Shown here: positions 39,713 through 53,273 of the stretch, piece by piece
How the letters are laid out: the number at the start of each line of letters is the position of its first letter
Position numbering within the stretch: position 1 is the first letter of the stretch
Source: Paraspadella gotoi
Taxonomy: Eukaryota > Animalia > Chaetognatha
Assembly: GCA_051294375.1 (NCBI GenBank)
Contig: CM119269.1
Coordinates: forward strand, 16,171,010 to 16,235,009
Direction of reading: 5' to 3'
DNA: 64,000 nt
The notes under the pieces: generated by a model
Told to the model about the DNA's origin: nothing
Seen by the model: the letters and a program-made list of their open reading frames with translations, nothing else
The model's database searches: none
Made by a program: the position numbers and the translations under genes

Positions 39713-42174
39713 CCAAGCCGAGGTGAGCCGAGCCGCCCCGGTTTCGACGACCCCCGATGGGGCCGCGGCCGCGGGGGCGCATTTTTACGTCGAAACGGTG
39801 AGGATTTTCTCGCCCCTTTTTTCTCAGCGGAGTCAAGTAATCCCCCCCACCCCCTCTCTTCAGGAGGGGAGGGTGGAAGGGGGGGACTGGGAAGGGACGT
39901 TGGGATCAAGGAGAGGCGCTCCTTCGGGGTCGATGAAGTCGCGGGGAAAAAGGGTCGTGCCTCTTCGGCCAATAAAAACGGAGCGGGGGTCATTAAAGCC
40001 TCATCGTCGATCGGTTAACCTCCTCAAAACTTTGGGGATCGCTGGGGGGACTCGTCTGGGGATTTGGGGACCGGGGGATGGGCGGTGGTTATGACGGGGA
40101 ACGTACGGGAGAACGTAGGGAATGACTGGGGAATGATGGGGAAGGATTTGGGGGTGATGGGGAAGAAGAGATGGGAGAGGGGTCTCAGTGCCGGTAAAAT
40201 TGAAAATTTAAAAAGCCTACGAAGATGAAAGATATTACGAAGAGGCAGGTAGAGATGGAGAAAGATTTGAATTTGAATTTGAATTTACATAACATTTATT
40301 GTAGATATGAGAGGAGTCAAAATGTATTATTTTTTTTATTATTTACAGTATACTATCTTAAGTTAGTATTAGATCTGAGAAGCAAGTAAAATTAAAATTT
40401 TTATTCTATATAACTAGCAAAGGAGAAATTAGACAGAACAAATTTTGTTGAAATCGAATAATAGTGCAAGAACAATAATATTGTAGTTTTAGTCTCGAGG
40501 TATGTACGTGAAATCCGATGACCAGTAGAGCTGAAAAAAACTTTGTTGTACAGAACAGAGCCGGGGTTGATGGAAGCGTAATTCGTAAGGCGTGCGTGAT
40601 TGAATTGAAAGTCTTGCCAAATATCCAACTGACCGAAATTTCTAATTGGTTTAGCAACTTGTTTTGACAAGTTGACTTCAACACTCGGAGTTAAGGACGA
40701 GCTGAATGTTCGAAAAAGACTTATTTAACAATCACTACACTTTCCTCATCTCCCTAAATACGACCCGGGCGATTACGAAAGTCGCATATAAAGCAGCGGG
40801 AAAAGTAGCGTCCGTCATAATTCAAATCTCTGTCGACTTCGCGTCCCCCAGTTAATCTGGGTTAATAACGAAAGGACGACGAGGACGACGACGACGCCTC
40901 GCCCCCTTGATTGACGATGCCGATTATGTTCGTCGATGAAAAAAAAATTAAGCGTTCGGTCGGGACTCGATCCCGCGACCTCGCTGCATCACGATGTCGG
41001 CGTGAGCGAGTATGATAAATTCTTTCTGGTTTCGCGTTTGTTTCGCTTATTTTGATTCGCCCTCTGTTTCGCGTCCTCGCGTTGGGCGGGTATTGATTGT
41101 AGAAATTACCGATACCCAAAGGCCTACTAGTCGTAGATAGTCTAGCATTACTCATGGTTAAGCGAGGTCTATTGTTTAAATCTCAAACATGATAACTTGT
41201 ACTTTTGTTAATTATCCCTGTCGCGTGCCCTAAGATTCGACTTTTTTTTCCCCCTATTTTCATCCATATTCCTGTGGCGGTATATCACACCGCCTCAGTC
41301 TTTATTTTATATCTAAATCTGATTATTTCCCACTTTCTCAAGCATACTTTCCTTTTTTTCTTCAATCCACTTGACCCAACTTTCCAATTTCCCCCTTATT
41401 TTCATCCTCGACACCCGTTCATTCTTTTCACGACCCCAAATTAGACCCAGAGTCTTTCGCGCCATCTCCTAAGGCCCCGACCGGCGTAGGGTCAGCCCCC
41501 ATTTCGATTCCTATTCGACCTCCCGAGTCTCGGCCGTGAGATGAGAGAGGAGGAGGAGAGAGAGAGACGAGAGAGAGAGAGAGAGGAGAGAGAGAAGAGA
41601 GAGAGAGACGCTTAGCTTTTGCCTTCACTATTCACTCCCATCCTACCTGGATACATTTTCTCCGAACCTTTAGGGACAACCGATTTTTAATCCCGAGACC
41701 CTTAACTTCTTTCATTTTGTCACTTCTCGCTTATGACCTTATCTCAGACGTCTTTACTATATTTGACTCGCTCACAGGTCACCAGTCCCAAGTTGCGTCC
41801 TCCAACTGTTGACAAAGACAATAGACAAAGTTCGTTTCTCCTTTTTCCCCTTAATTAAATCCCGTTTTATCTCTTTCTTCCTTTATTCACCCCATTTGCC
41901 CCTCTCCCCTTAAAATCGCCCCGCCTCATTCCTTTCACTCTCGGGGTCGAGATTCGAGTGTGAAACGAGGTCTCGCCCTCGCCGGTTCACACCCGATTCA
42001 CACCGAACCGACCCTCACCGTCGCGAGGGAGACTCGAATACCTGAGGATCGTCGGTGAAGTTGATCATCGTTGACCTTCGCCGAATCACGAGTCGCGGAT
42101 ATCACGGGGTTGAATAAATAATATGTTTATTATATGAAATTGGTACAACCAATATAAAAATTATCCATTTATTT

Positions 42175-42265
42175 AATAAATAAGCTATCTTGTCCTTGAC
42201 TTTGGACAGGCTTTGGTGGTTTAAGGCCTCCATCACACTTACAAGATAACAACATAGCAGGTTTC
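42175..42265 (-). repeat. Dispersed repeat fragment (second copy ~60415-60500), likely a retroelement 3' end
   Basis: 'aaataagctatcttgtccttgactttggacaggc..ggtttaaggcctccatcacacttacaa' vs 'aaataagttatttggtccctgactttgtccagac..gggttaaagcctccacgccacttacaa'; short related motif at ~30176. Confidence 0.6.
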
Positions 42266-43239
42266 TGCAAGCTTTCAATCAATATACTATTTACAAGTAA
42301 AAATCATCAAAAGTTTTAACAGTACATTCTTTAAAATTTTTTTAGCGTCTTGATCGATTTAATATCACTGCAAACTGGTAACGCCTCAACGACTTTAAAT
42401 GTTTACGTCACTATATTATCATTATCATTATTTTCATTCGTTTCATTCGTTTTATTCCATTTTATCATCTCTTCATTACCATTTCCTCATCTCAGAATCC
42501 CCAATCTTCAATCCCCAAACCCCCACTCCCCGATACCTCGTTCCCCTCATCCATCCATTCTTCCCCACGTCCGGACGTGGTCGTAGTCGAGGGGTTAGAA
42601 ATTTCACGGATTGTGAAGTGATGATGATTTAATGACTCCTCCTCCTCTTCCTCCTCCTCCTCCTCCTCCTCGAGTTCGTAGGGCCAAGTGAGAATCACCG
42701 GGCGGATCACGCCGAGGGAGATGAAAAGGGGGGAAGAGGGAGGTGTGGGATTATTTATGTGTGGAGATCAATGAGTGAAAGTGACGAGAGAAAATATGCG
42801 TTAAATAGGGTCGAGGTAAAAACAAGTGTTGATCGAGTTGATGAGCGGGTCATTTTTGAAAAATTTTGTTTGTTTTTTTTTTGTTTGTTTTTTTTTGTTA
42901 AGGATTGAAAACGTTTTTTTTTATTTAGAACACAAAGACTTGAATCATGCGCCGATTGAGCTGATGGTTCTCTCGCTAATTGAATTGATTAGGGTAATAA
43001 ATTAAAACATTTAGCTCCTGGACCTTTATAAAATTCAACGGGAGTAAACCTCTAAAAAACACAAGTACGTATATATAATTCGTTTATCACATTCTCAAAG
43101 TCCTAAAATACGGAAAAATCTTTCTCTGTAATCATAACATTATTCATAGTTTTTAAAATATTCACCCTTTTCTTTACAGCTTCTTTCATTCTTAAAACAA
43201 GAGAACAACGTGGGAAGAAGATAAAGGGGACGGGGGAAG

Positions 43240-43294
<55 letters not shown>

Positions 43295-43984
43295 GCAAGT
43301 TTGTTTTTCGTGACAGACGCTCGACGTGGTTACTACATTATGATCTTGCTGATCTGGCTTTTGTTGATCTAATCAAAAAATCCGCCGCCAAGGTCAATGA
43401 TAGTGCATGCGAGAAGATACCAAAACACGAGGCACCGAATGTTGGGTAACCGCGACGATGAAGACGACGACGAAGACGACGACGAAAAAGACGATGAAGA
43501 CGACGATGACGATTGAACGAGGATGACAAAGATGACGATGAAACCGCGAGGATATTGACAAAGAATAAGATAAAAAAGAACCGAAGGACGACGACGATGA
43601 CGATGACGAAGAAGAAGAAGAATACGAAGACGATGCCGAAGATGAAAAGGACGAACACGAGGAATACAAGGATTAAGAACTGCCGGACGATGAACACGTG
43701 GACTAAGTTGAGAAAATGAAGATGCAAAAAACTCTAAGGACTAAGAACAACAGGGATAAAGTATTTAAGGACAACAAAGACAAAGACGAACATCAGGCAA
43801 ATCATGAGGATGACGAAAACCAAAATTGAAAAAAAGATAATAATATTTTTTAAAATGAAAAGAAACATTAGAGATGATGAGGAGGAAGAGGAAGAGGAAG
43901 AGGAAGATATGACGATGTAGCCAACCGTGTGAATACTTCGGAAAATCAGTATTTGACAAAGGAGAGGTTCACTCTTTCTGACCC

Positions 43985-44019
<35 letters not shown>

Positions 44020-44646
44020 CTCTCTTCTCTCTCTCTTCCTCTCTCTCTCTCTCTCTCTTTTTCCTCTCAAACATTGTAAAAAAGTTTAAGTTTTTTTTTT
44101 AATTTTGGTTCTTTGTTTTAAAATGTCAGGTTCTTTTTTGTGCATTAAGAGAGAGAGAGAGAGAGAGAGAGAGACGGTGAATCACAAATCAAGGAGGTGG
44201 GAAGGAGTTAGTACCACAATAGGAGAAGAAATCGTCGACAAATTTCCCTTTTATTTGTAATCTTTTTACCATTCGGATTTTCACCTTTCATGGAACAGAA
44301 GAGGGCGCATCGATCGTGTTTGTCTTTTGTTTCGCTCTTCCGATTTTGAAATAAAATAGAGATTATACGACTAAAAAGATTAAACGAATACTCAATAGTC
44401 AATACGGTTCTCATCTGTTGTAATGAGTCATTGAAAAAAAAAAAAGAAATTGTCGATGTTAACTTTTTTTTACTTTCTTTTTTTTATATTTAACTTCGTA
44501 ATTTTTATAGTGGAGGCTAATCTTTCAACCATGCGCGAGGTGGAATACGTAATAAAAAGCTAGTTATTGGTTATTAAGCCTTGAATCTCTTCGATGTTAT
44601 GCCCAGACCATTGAAGACGGCAAGAAAAAAAACAAAGCCAACCCGC

Positions 44647-44731
<85 letters not shown>

Positions 44732-46202
44732 GTTGAGATGGAATGACAGGAGAAGCGCAAACGCGATGCCATGAGTGAGTCGGCGGAGAGAGTAGGGAAG
44801 TGAGAGGGATAGAAATTGGAAAGGAAGAAAAAAGGGTAGAGAAACTTACTCATCTTAAAAATCTTTAAAATGCTTTATAGATAAACATTTAGTTCGATAT
44901 AACAAATGCTACCTCGCGTTCGGACATTTTTTCTAAACTCGTTTATTTAGTAAGTTTGTTTAGTTTAGTTTCGTTTAGTTTCGCCTTTCGCTTGTCTTTT
45001 CCCCGATTGAGGTTACGTCGTTCAAATTGGCTTCGCCCGTTTTATTTATTTCACCTGCATCCTCAGAGAATCGATCTCAGCGGTTTCACCCCGCAACTCC
45101 GTTCATCCTCCCCATCCCCCCATCCCCCTCACGCCCCCTCCTGCCCAGCCCGCCCTATCGCCCCCCCTGCCACCGCCACCAGCCCGGCGTTCAGGTTTGT
45201 CGTTTGGTAGAATTTCTGCTGACTGGCTCGTTTCGCTTAGGATGTTGAATTCCCGATTTAACCGATTTTTTTCCCATTTTCGGCGTCACACGGACAGGAG
45301 AGTTCCGATGCCCTGGAATCGGCGCAAATGCGTCGACGCAAGACTTTAATATATTTTTGAAGACAGCAGAACAAGCAAGTTCCAATGCCGCTTGTATCAT
45401 TGTACCCTTTACTTATTAATTGTATTAATCTATCGTGATTACCCCCTCCCCCCGCCACCTTAATGCTTATGGATTTTTTTTTTTTTTTAAACCAAATAAT
45501 ATATAATTCTGATAATTGCAGAGACTCGAATGACGAAGACGACGACGGAGACGACGACAAAGACGACGACAAAGACGACGAAGAACCGACGATGGTCACC
45601 TTTCCATTCACCACTGGTGAGTCTCACCAGTCACCACTCAGCCGTTTAGTGGAGGAAAGTTCCTCACCCACGTTACCATTAACCATTTACCAACGGTAAT
45701 ACTGTATTTATCTGTTATTTTTTGCTATTGTTATATTTTCCTTTGTTATAATTTTTACCTTATCTGCTCGCCATATTCGTCAATATAGGCCAAAAAAAGG
45801 CATACGGATAGACAAAAAGAAAGACGAAGGATAGCAAGACAGATCGAAGATATAGCGAGTTGAATTTCGTGTTAATCCTATTCAGTTGTTGTCACTTGTT
45901 TTTTGTTGTTTCAACTTTTCCCAAACGACGAGGCTCTCGTCGTATTGGTTAACGTTGTACGCCTGTTATTCGGAGTCGGCAGGAAATGACGCCGCCGTAG
46001 ACGACCCGCGCCGCGACCCGAGCACCGGGCGTCATAAAGGCGCCGACCTAGCGTGACGTCATTAACGGAAATCTTAAATCCGTGACGTCGTTTGTCGCGT
46101 CCTAAAAGATGTATGGAGGAACTCGGAACGGAGATAAAGAAGAAAAGATGGAAAAAGAGATTTTTATAATAAAATTTAGACATACAAAAAGTATTAGCGC
46201 GG

Positions 46203-46315
<113 letters not shown>

Positions 46316-46815
46316 CTCTCTCTCTCTTCTCAATTAAACTGTCACCGACGATGTCAAAGCAAAGATTCCCTTTTCTAGTCGCTTCATTGAATATTTTCGC
46401 ATCCATTAAGTAAAAAAGATGAGACGATCTCTTTTCTTTTATCCTTTCGCAGAGATCCCGTTCAAAAAGAGATTGCATTGTGGAATTCGGATTTAATAAA
46501 AACTAAAACCAGCCGTTGATGTTCTTTCTTTTATGCCAAAATATTTTACGAAATTCGTACAATCAATATAAATATACTATTATGAACTAGTTACTAAAAA
46601 TATATTTTTGAACATTGTAAGAAATATTGCAAGCGGGACTTCTGAATACTACGAGATGCGGCGGTAATCTACGCCTTTCTTTATATGTCTGCATATTAAG
46701 TTTCGCGAGAAAGTTTGTTCTTGTTACTGGGTAAGTTAAGCGATACATTTTTTATTTTATTAAGAGAAAAGTAACTTCTAATTATTTACATCAGTCGATC
46801 TAACGAAAAATATAG

Positions 46816-46894
<79 letters not shown>

Positions 46895-47205
46895 AGTAAG
46901 TAAGTAAGTTTTTGCAGCTTTGCAGGGGAAACAGTTTTGAAGATGAAAAGAAAGAAGAAAAGAAAATAGGAAAGAAAAGGGAAAAAGGCAGCGATCAAGG
47001 ACGGGTCGCCCACTTATCGCCATTTCAGGTCGATTCGAGACTCACGGACATTTTTTTTTTCTTGTTTTGTTTTCTGGTTGTTTTTTTTTCTTGTTATTTT
47101 TTATTTTTTTACTTTTTTCCTTACAAATTTCACCTTTATTTTACAAATTATGAAAGAGCGGGTATAAGATAGGAAAAGGTAGAGAGATATACTAGTGAAT
47201 GAGTG

Positions 47206-47271
<66 letters not shown>

Positions 47272-48784
47272 ATAACCTCTCGCTCTCTCATCGCCGGGTT
47301 TTAAAAATTTCCCGTTTTTGCCTAATTAACATGAAAAATTGGGATTATGGGTCTACGCCGCTCGATGATTCCGTAGGCGTAATTTCGTTATCCGATCTGC
47401 CTTTTCGTTGCTTTCGACAAATTCGTTCCCATGAAAAAAAAATACGTTGGCCAATGGCCAGTGGCCTACAAATAATTTCTAGTTAAATGTTTTTTTTCAT
47501 TATTTAATTGATATATAAAAAAATATTTTTATTAAATAATTTTAGTTTAGTTTAGCCGCTTAATTAAAGACAAATTATTATATTCTTAAAGTTTCAGCTT
47601 TTATCACTTATTTTATTTCTCTGTGAATTATTATATTTTATGCGGCATTTACTTTGATTGTGAAATGTTTTAATAATTTGTTTTCTTTTCAGAAAAAAAA
47701 ATCTTAAATAATTTTAATTAAATTTTATTACGAGGTTAATTTCAATTTTCATCCATGAAGTGAATCGCTTGCGACGCTCGTAAAAACGCAACCCGATNNN
47801 NNNNNNNNNNNNNNNNNNNNNNNNNNNNNNNNNNNNNNNNNNNNNNNNNNNNNNNNNNNNNNNNNNNNNNNNNNNNNNNNNNNNNNNNNNNNNNNNNATG
47901 CGGCATTTACTTTGATTGTGAAATGTTTTAATAATTTTTTTTTCTTTTCAGAAAAAAAAAATCTTAAATAATTTTAATTAAATTTTCTTACGAGGTTAAT
48001 TTCAATTTTCATCCATAAAGTGAATCGCTTGCGACGCTCGTAAAAACGCAACCCGATATAAGATGCGTGAAAAAACATATCGTGGTAAAGAGGGTGAAGG
48101 GACGCCCTCCCCTCGGGGCTCCGCAGAAGCTTTCACCGAACCGGGGGGGATGCTCTTCTCTGGGATTGAAAGGGTGAGGTTAACTTGGAGGGTAGGGTGC
48201 AAAGGATGGCGAGGGTGGAGTCGTGACGCGCAAAACTAATAAACCTAAAAAAAAAAACTCGTCCAGGAATGCGAAATTTTTTTTTTTTTTTTAAATTAAG
48301 TTTTTTTTTTCCTCTGCTCAGTCAAGCAAGGAGGGAAAAAATGGTTGTTTTCAACATTTTTCTCGCATTGGTCTGTTTCAAATCTTTGCGATGTGTTGGC
48401 AAAGAATGCATTAGCCTTCTGTTTTTTATCTTTAATTTTTTTTTTTTTAAATTTATATTTTCCTATTCGTTTTCCACTCTTGTTCCCGAATTATTGTTCG
48501 AAATGATTCAAAACTAATTAATTCTATCAGGACGAAAAAAAAAGCGAGTTAAGTTTTATATATCTTGTCATGATGGCTTATATTTAAAATTAGGCGCGAA
48601 GACCCAAGCCATGAAATTTTATTTTCTAAAAATGATGCAAAATGTGGTCATCACTAATTGTTCTATTTCTGGTTAAAAACGTTTCATCGTACACATCTAC
48701 ACAAAAATATTTTTTTCTAAACAATCCCGTGCACTAGTTGACCAAACTCTTCACTGCCAGAGACTTCAAAGCCACGTTGAACCT

Positions 48785-48969
48785 TCAAGACCCCGCCTTC
48801 TCTTCCTTCTCCCCGAGAATCAAGCTCAGACGTTCGAAGGAGGGTCGTGCCTCTGGCGAGTAGTTCCAGCAGAGACGGATCACTTCCCAAACGTCGGGCG
48901 GAATCCTCAAAGGCTTCATCATGATGCGACGCTGTTGAAGCATCTCGATCACCTCGATATTGGTCGATC
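48785..48969 (-). CDS. RTK exon 10 (kinase subdomains X-XI, stop)
   Basis: GSTNIEVIEMLQQRRIMMKPLRIPPDVWEVIRLCWNYSPEARPSFERLSLILGEKEEKAGS*; CW..RPSF motif. Confidence 0.94.
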
Positions 48970-49232
48970 CTTATGCAAAAATAATTGATCCAATATAAAA
49001 TAAACAAATAGCTAAATAATTAAGCATTTAAATATTTGAATAATGATGTATCTAGTATTCCTGTCTTTAAAAATGAGCATCAAACTAACGTATATAGCAT
49101 TAGTGCTCGAATTGTGGCAAGTTATTTCCAAATTTATATTTTAAAACTTAGTTTGAGATAAGAGAATTTTGTATTTGTTTACAAACAACGACTTTTATTT
49201 AGAAACAAGGAAAGTATTCATTCAAAATTTTA

Positions 49233-49400
<168 letters not shown>

Positions 49401-49449
49401 TTAGGAAACATTGAAAAAACGGGCAACGACAGAGACAGAGTGGACCGAC

Positions 49450-49651
49450 TTGACGGGAAACTTGGCGCCGGGTTTGGAGGTGTAGTAGTCCTGATCGTCG
49501 GCGAGGGATTTGGTGAGACCGAAGTCGGCGACTTTGACGAGGAGTCGAGAGTCAATGAGGATGTTGCGGGCGGCGAGGTCGCGGTGGACGAAGTGTTGCG
49601 ACTCCAAGTAGCGCATCCCTTCGCAGATTTGGAGGCAGAACGAGTCCGCGT
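49450..49651 (-). CDS. RTK exon 8 (catalytic loop, DFG, activation loop)
   Basis: [55 protein letters not shown]. Confidence 0.97.
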
Positions 49652-49837
49652 CTGGTGGAATGGGGAGACAGGAGAAAATAAAATGGTTCATTTTTGTTTT
49701 GTCTTCTTTTATTTTTACTTTTTTTTTTTAAGTTTCATTACAAAGCAATATGTGAATAATATTGCCATTTGAATCATCGCAGAGTAAAAATCCCCTTATT
49801 ATCACCTTTGGTAAGTAAAAAAATAAACTCGACTCAC

Positions 49838-50032
49838 CGGCTCTCGAAAGAGATCCTCCAGCGAGATTCTTGTCTGAGAGGTAAGTTAACAAGTCACCGC
49901 CGTCCATGTATTCGGTAATGATGAGGTAAGGTTCCTCGGCCGAAACGACCCCGATCAGCCTCACCACGTTTTCGTGAACGAGGCCGCGCATGACGTCGGC
50001 TTCGGAGAGGAAAGTCTCGGGGGTCATGCAAC
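49838..50032 (-). CDS. RTK exon 7 (kinase subdomains III-V)
   Basis: GCMTPETFLSEADVMRGLVHENVVRLIGVVSAEEPYLIITEYMDGGDLLTYL; canonical splice sites. Confidence 0.95.
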
Positions 50033-50456
50033 CTGATCGACCAGTGATATGGAATGAGTTTACAGCGATCATTCGTTTTTTTTTTTACTTCATATTTTTT
50101 AATTCATTTTTTTAATAATTACAGAATGAAAACAAAACAATTTATTGAATTTATATTAATTAAAATATTCAATATTCAATATTTCAATTATTTCTTTCAA
50201 TTATGCCAGATCCTTGCAACAATAAACAATAATTTCGTTTCATTATGAAAGGACACTGAAAACTGAAAGGATCGATACAAAATAAATCCCCAAAATTAAA
50301 AAAAAACATTACTGAACAGTCTTTATTAAGGTGTTCAGTGAACACCTTAATAAACATCCCCATCATTTTCTCTAATGAAAACCACAACGACGACAGTAAC
50401 AGCCACAACGACCACACCCACACGCCCACAAGTCCCCACTCCCTCGCTCGACTCAC

Positions 50457-51388
50457 CCGGTCTCAACGACTTCACCGCAACGACGACCTCATCCATCCTT
50501 TTCCCCCTCCACACGGCCCTGTAGACTCGCCCGAAGTTCCCTTCTCCCAATTTCTGTAGAAACTCGATGTCCCCTCGACGGATTTCCCTGGAGGCGGCGG
50601 CGTCGGCTGGCGTCGGCGCGAAGTAGTCGGGATTCTCGAAGCGACTCCGACGAAGGAATCGCGCCGACGAAAAGCGGGAGAGCGTTCGAGCGCCGCGGCG
50701 AGGGCTGCGGCCGAAGGCGGGGACGCCGCCGATGAGAAATGAACGCCGCTTCCTCAGTGCCACGAAAATGACGACTGCAGCGACAATGACGAAGAGGACG
50801 ACGATGATCACGACGACGAAACCAACGCCGCCGACGCCTTTCGGCTGCATCAGGCGCATCTCCCGCAGTCGCCCATCGACAAGGGCGCGAAGGACGACGG
50901 AGAAGTTGGACGAGATCGTCTGGAGATTCGGTGGCGAGCAGACGGCGTCGGCGGCGACGTCGACGACGACAGGTGCCTCGTCTCCGAAGTCTTTAACTAC
51001 TCGAAGAAGCCAGCAGGACGCCGAGCGCGCCGTCGCGCGTCCTCGTTCGCGAGCTGCGCCGTCGCAACCAAAATCAACGCCGGCGACTTCGCCGCAAGGA
51101 TCCTTCGTCTGCAGCACCACGAAGACTTCGGACAGGCGGGCGACGCCAAGGTAGCGCCGCAAGTCCGACGTCCGCGGAAGCTTCAACGGACAGGAAGATG
51201 AGAGATGGCAAGGGGTGTCGGGAGGGTTGGGGATGCGGAGACAGGTGAGTTTAGTGGGTTGAGTGAGGAGGGAGGGAAGGTGCCCGAGGATTGTCACGTT
51301 GCTGTGGTTTTTGTTGTTGTTGTTGTAGTTGACGATCCAACGGGTTTTTCTGAGCAGGGTTTGTCGACAGATTAACCGGGAGACGTCA
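50457..51388 (-). CDS. RTK exon 6 (membrane-proximal ectodomain, TM, juxtamembrane, kinase subdomains I-II)
   Basis: TM VGFVVVIIVVLFVIVAAVVIFVAL followed by RKRR; FENPDYF; LGEGNFGRVY and VAVK; donor G|GTGAGT. Confidence 0.93.
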
Positions 51389-51658
51389 CTGTGTAAGGGT
51401 AAATAAACATTTTGCTCAAACTGACATACAAAACCTTTTTTTTTTTTTCAATAATTAAGCCCCGTTTCAAATTGCTAACAAATAAAAATAATAAAAATTC
51501 AAATCGTAATGTCGATAAATACTTAAAAAAACGAAAATACAACAGCCTTACATGGACAGTTGCTTCAGCCTAGAAAAAGCAGACAATCCCCGCAACCTAT
51601 AACACCATAAGTACATTCATAAGTACATTCATAAATACATTCAGGCCAAGGAACCCAC

Positions 51659-52687
51659 CTGTAAAATCCCCTTCTACATTCGACTCTACATTCTCCGCCG
51701 ACCCGCGCGTCGCAGTCTCTCGTCTCTCCGTTCTCGACGACGACGGCGCCGCACTTCATCTCTCGGCACCGCGGAACGTCGCCGCCGACCTTCGAGCCGA
51801 CCCACTTGCCCCTGCTGCCGCAAATCAAGGTGGCGCCCCCGCGGGGCCCGACGTCGCGACAAACGAGTTTGCAGACCGACCCGAAATCGTTTTCGGCGCT
51901 GCAGATCCATTCGTCCGGCGCCGCGTCGATCGAAAGATCTCGGCACCTGATTTTTCGGCACCGCGAGACGGTTTTCGACCAGACGCCGTTTCGTTGGCAT
52001 TCGATGCTGACGTCGCCGACAACGCCGAACCCCAACCGACATCGGGGCCGACAGATCGAACCGACAGCGTCGACGGCGTCGCAAGTCCATCCGTCGGAGT
52101 TTGGCGGCGCCGTCGGTTTAGGACCGCAACGCCGCTTTTCGCACTGACGCCGGGGCGTCCAAACGCCGCTCTCGCAAACCCGAACGGCGTTGCCGAGGAA
52201 ACCGTCGCCACAAGAGGACACGCAGACGGAGGCGTCATCGAAGCCGGCGTCGCAGTTCCAGTCGCCGATGACGCCCGAATAGTTTGACGGAACCGGCGCG
52301 ACACGGCATCCTTTTCCGGGACAAGAGGAGAGCCGGACTTCGATCCAATTGGCGCCGTCGTCCCATACGTGACCGGCGTCGCAACGGACGACGCCGTTTT
52401 TGCCACCGACGCATTCGGGGATCGATTGGCAGACGGCGCCGTTTTTGACGCGAGAAGAAACAGAGACGCGAGAGGCGTCGCCCGGCGTTGACGCGGTCGA
52501 CGACGCCGGACATCGAACTTGGTGTTGCAGCCGCCAATCCGTCGTCCAATCGCAATAGAAACCGAAAATGGCCCGATGACCTTCGTCGTTCTGGACGAAA
52601 CAGACGCATTCTGTCGGAAACGTAGCTCCACCTTTTGCCGTCGTTTGTAGGAGCAGAAGCTCTGAGCTGATTGGGATGTTCGAATGA
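51659..52687 (-). CDS. RTK exon 5 (Cys-rich region plus sushi/CCP modules 1-3 and start of 4)
   Basis: 1029-nt open phase-2/2 exon; repeats such as CGPKPTAPPNSDGWTCDAVDAVGSICRPRCRLGFGVVGDVSIECQRNGVWSKTVSRC (6-Cys CCP with conserved GF and W); donor AG|GTGGGT. Confidence 0.9.
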
Positions 52688-52736
52688 CTAAGAATAAAAG
52701 TAAACGGTAATTTATAAGATTAAGACACACACTTAT

Positions 52737-52931
52737 CAATTACAGTATTGCGAATCATCTCTCATTCCTACTACTGGCGCTGACTCAGTGGCGACAGCCT
52801 CACCGTAGACTGAGATCAAAGCCGTTCGACGAAAACCCGACCAGAATAGGAATCTTTCGGGCAGTTTTGAGGTGAACCTGGGAAAGGATGGTGGAGCTTC
52901 ATCGAAAATGATGTCATGGCACTTTTTTCGA
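52737..52931 (-). CDS. RTK exon 4 (3' boundary non-canonical)
   Basis: tttag|T RKKCHDIIFDEAPPSFPRFTSKLPERFLFWSGFRRTALISVYGEAV..DSQYCN; the phase-compatible donor reads TG|ATAAGT. Confidence 0.55.
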
Positions 52932-53060
52932 CTAAAGTTTTAACTCTTGGCATCTCAGTTAAATATTTCATTCGTTAATTTGTAGCGAATTTGTGATGTC
53001 TCGACCTTTAAACATTAACGATAGTACATTTTTCTCAATCATTTTCGACTTGAAATTTAC

Positions 53061-53156
53061 TTGTCCAGAATTTGACGTTGGAAACGACTGTTGATCCATG
53101 GTCGGAAGGAGCCGTGATCCCGGACCAAAATCTCAAACCGTAGCATAGAAAGTTTT
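53061..53156 (-). CDS. RTK exon 3 (96 nt, reading frame ambiguous)
   Basis: ttttgctcag| ... |gtaaat; symmetric exon open in two frames. Confidence 0.65.
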
Positions 53157-53273
53157 CTGAGCAAAAAAAAGAGTTTAATCAATTACTTTTCTTCTCGTTG
53201 CAAAAAAAAACAAAAACGTTTAAGCAGATTGATAGTATATAAATTATGAGATATCAATTAAGAATCGATTAAC

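Noticed and set aside
40401-40684. Minus-strand ORFs or possible LINE fragment
   Set aside because: No recognisable motif and no clear splice boundaries.
43338-43727. Hydrophobic minus-strand ORF as a fourth small-TM paralog
   Set aside because: Hydrophobicity comes from (GTC/TTC)n repeats; it lacks the W...C-basic motif and the phase-1 donor.
47638-48056. 160-bp direct repeat flanking an N-gap
   Set aside because: Near-identical overlap across a scaffold gap, so an assembly artefact.
51825-52739. 304-aa ORF and other overlapping or antisense ORFs in the RTK locus
   Set aside because: Alternative frames of the GC-rich RTK exons; the Cys/Trp-patterned frame is the real one.
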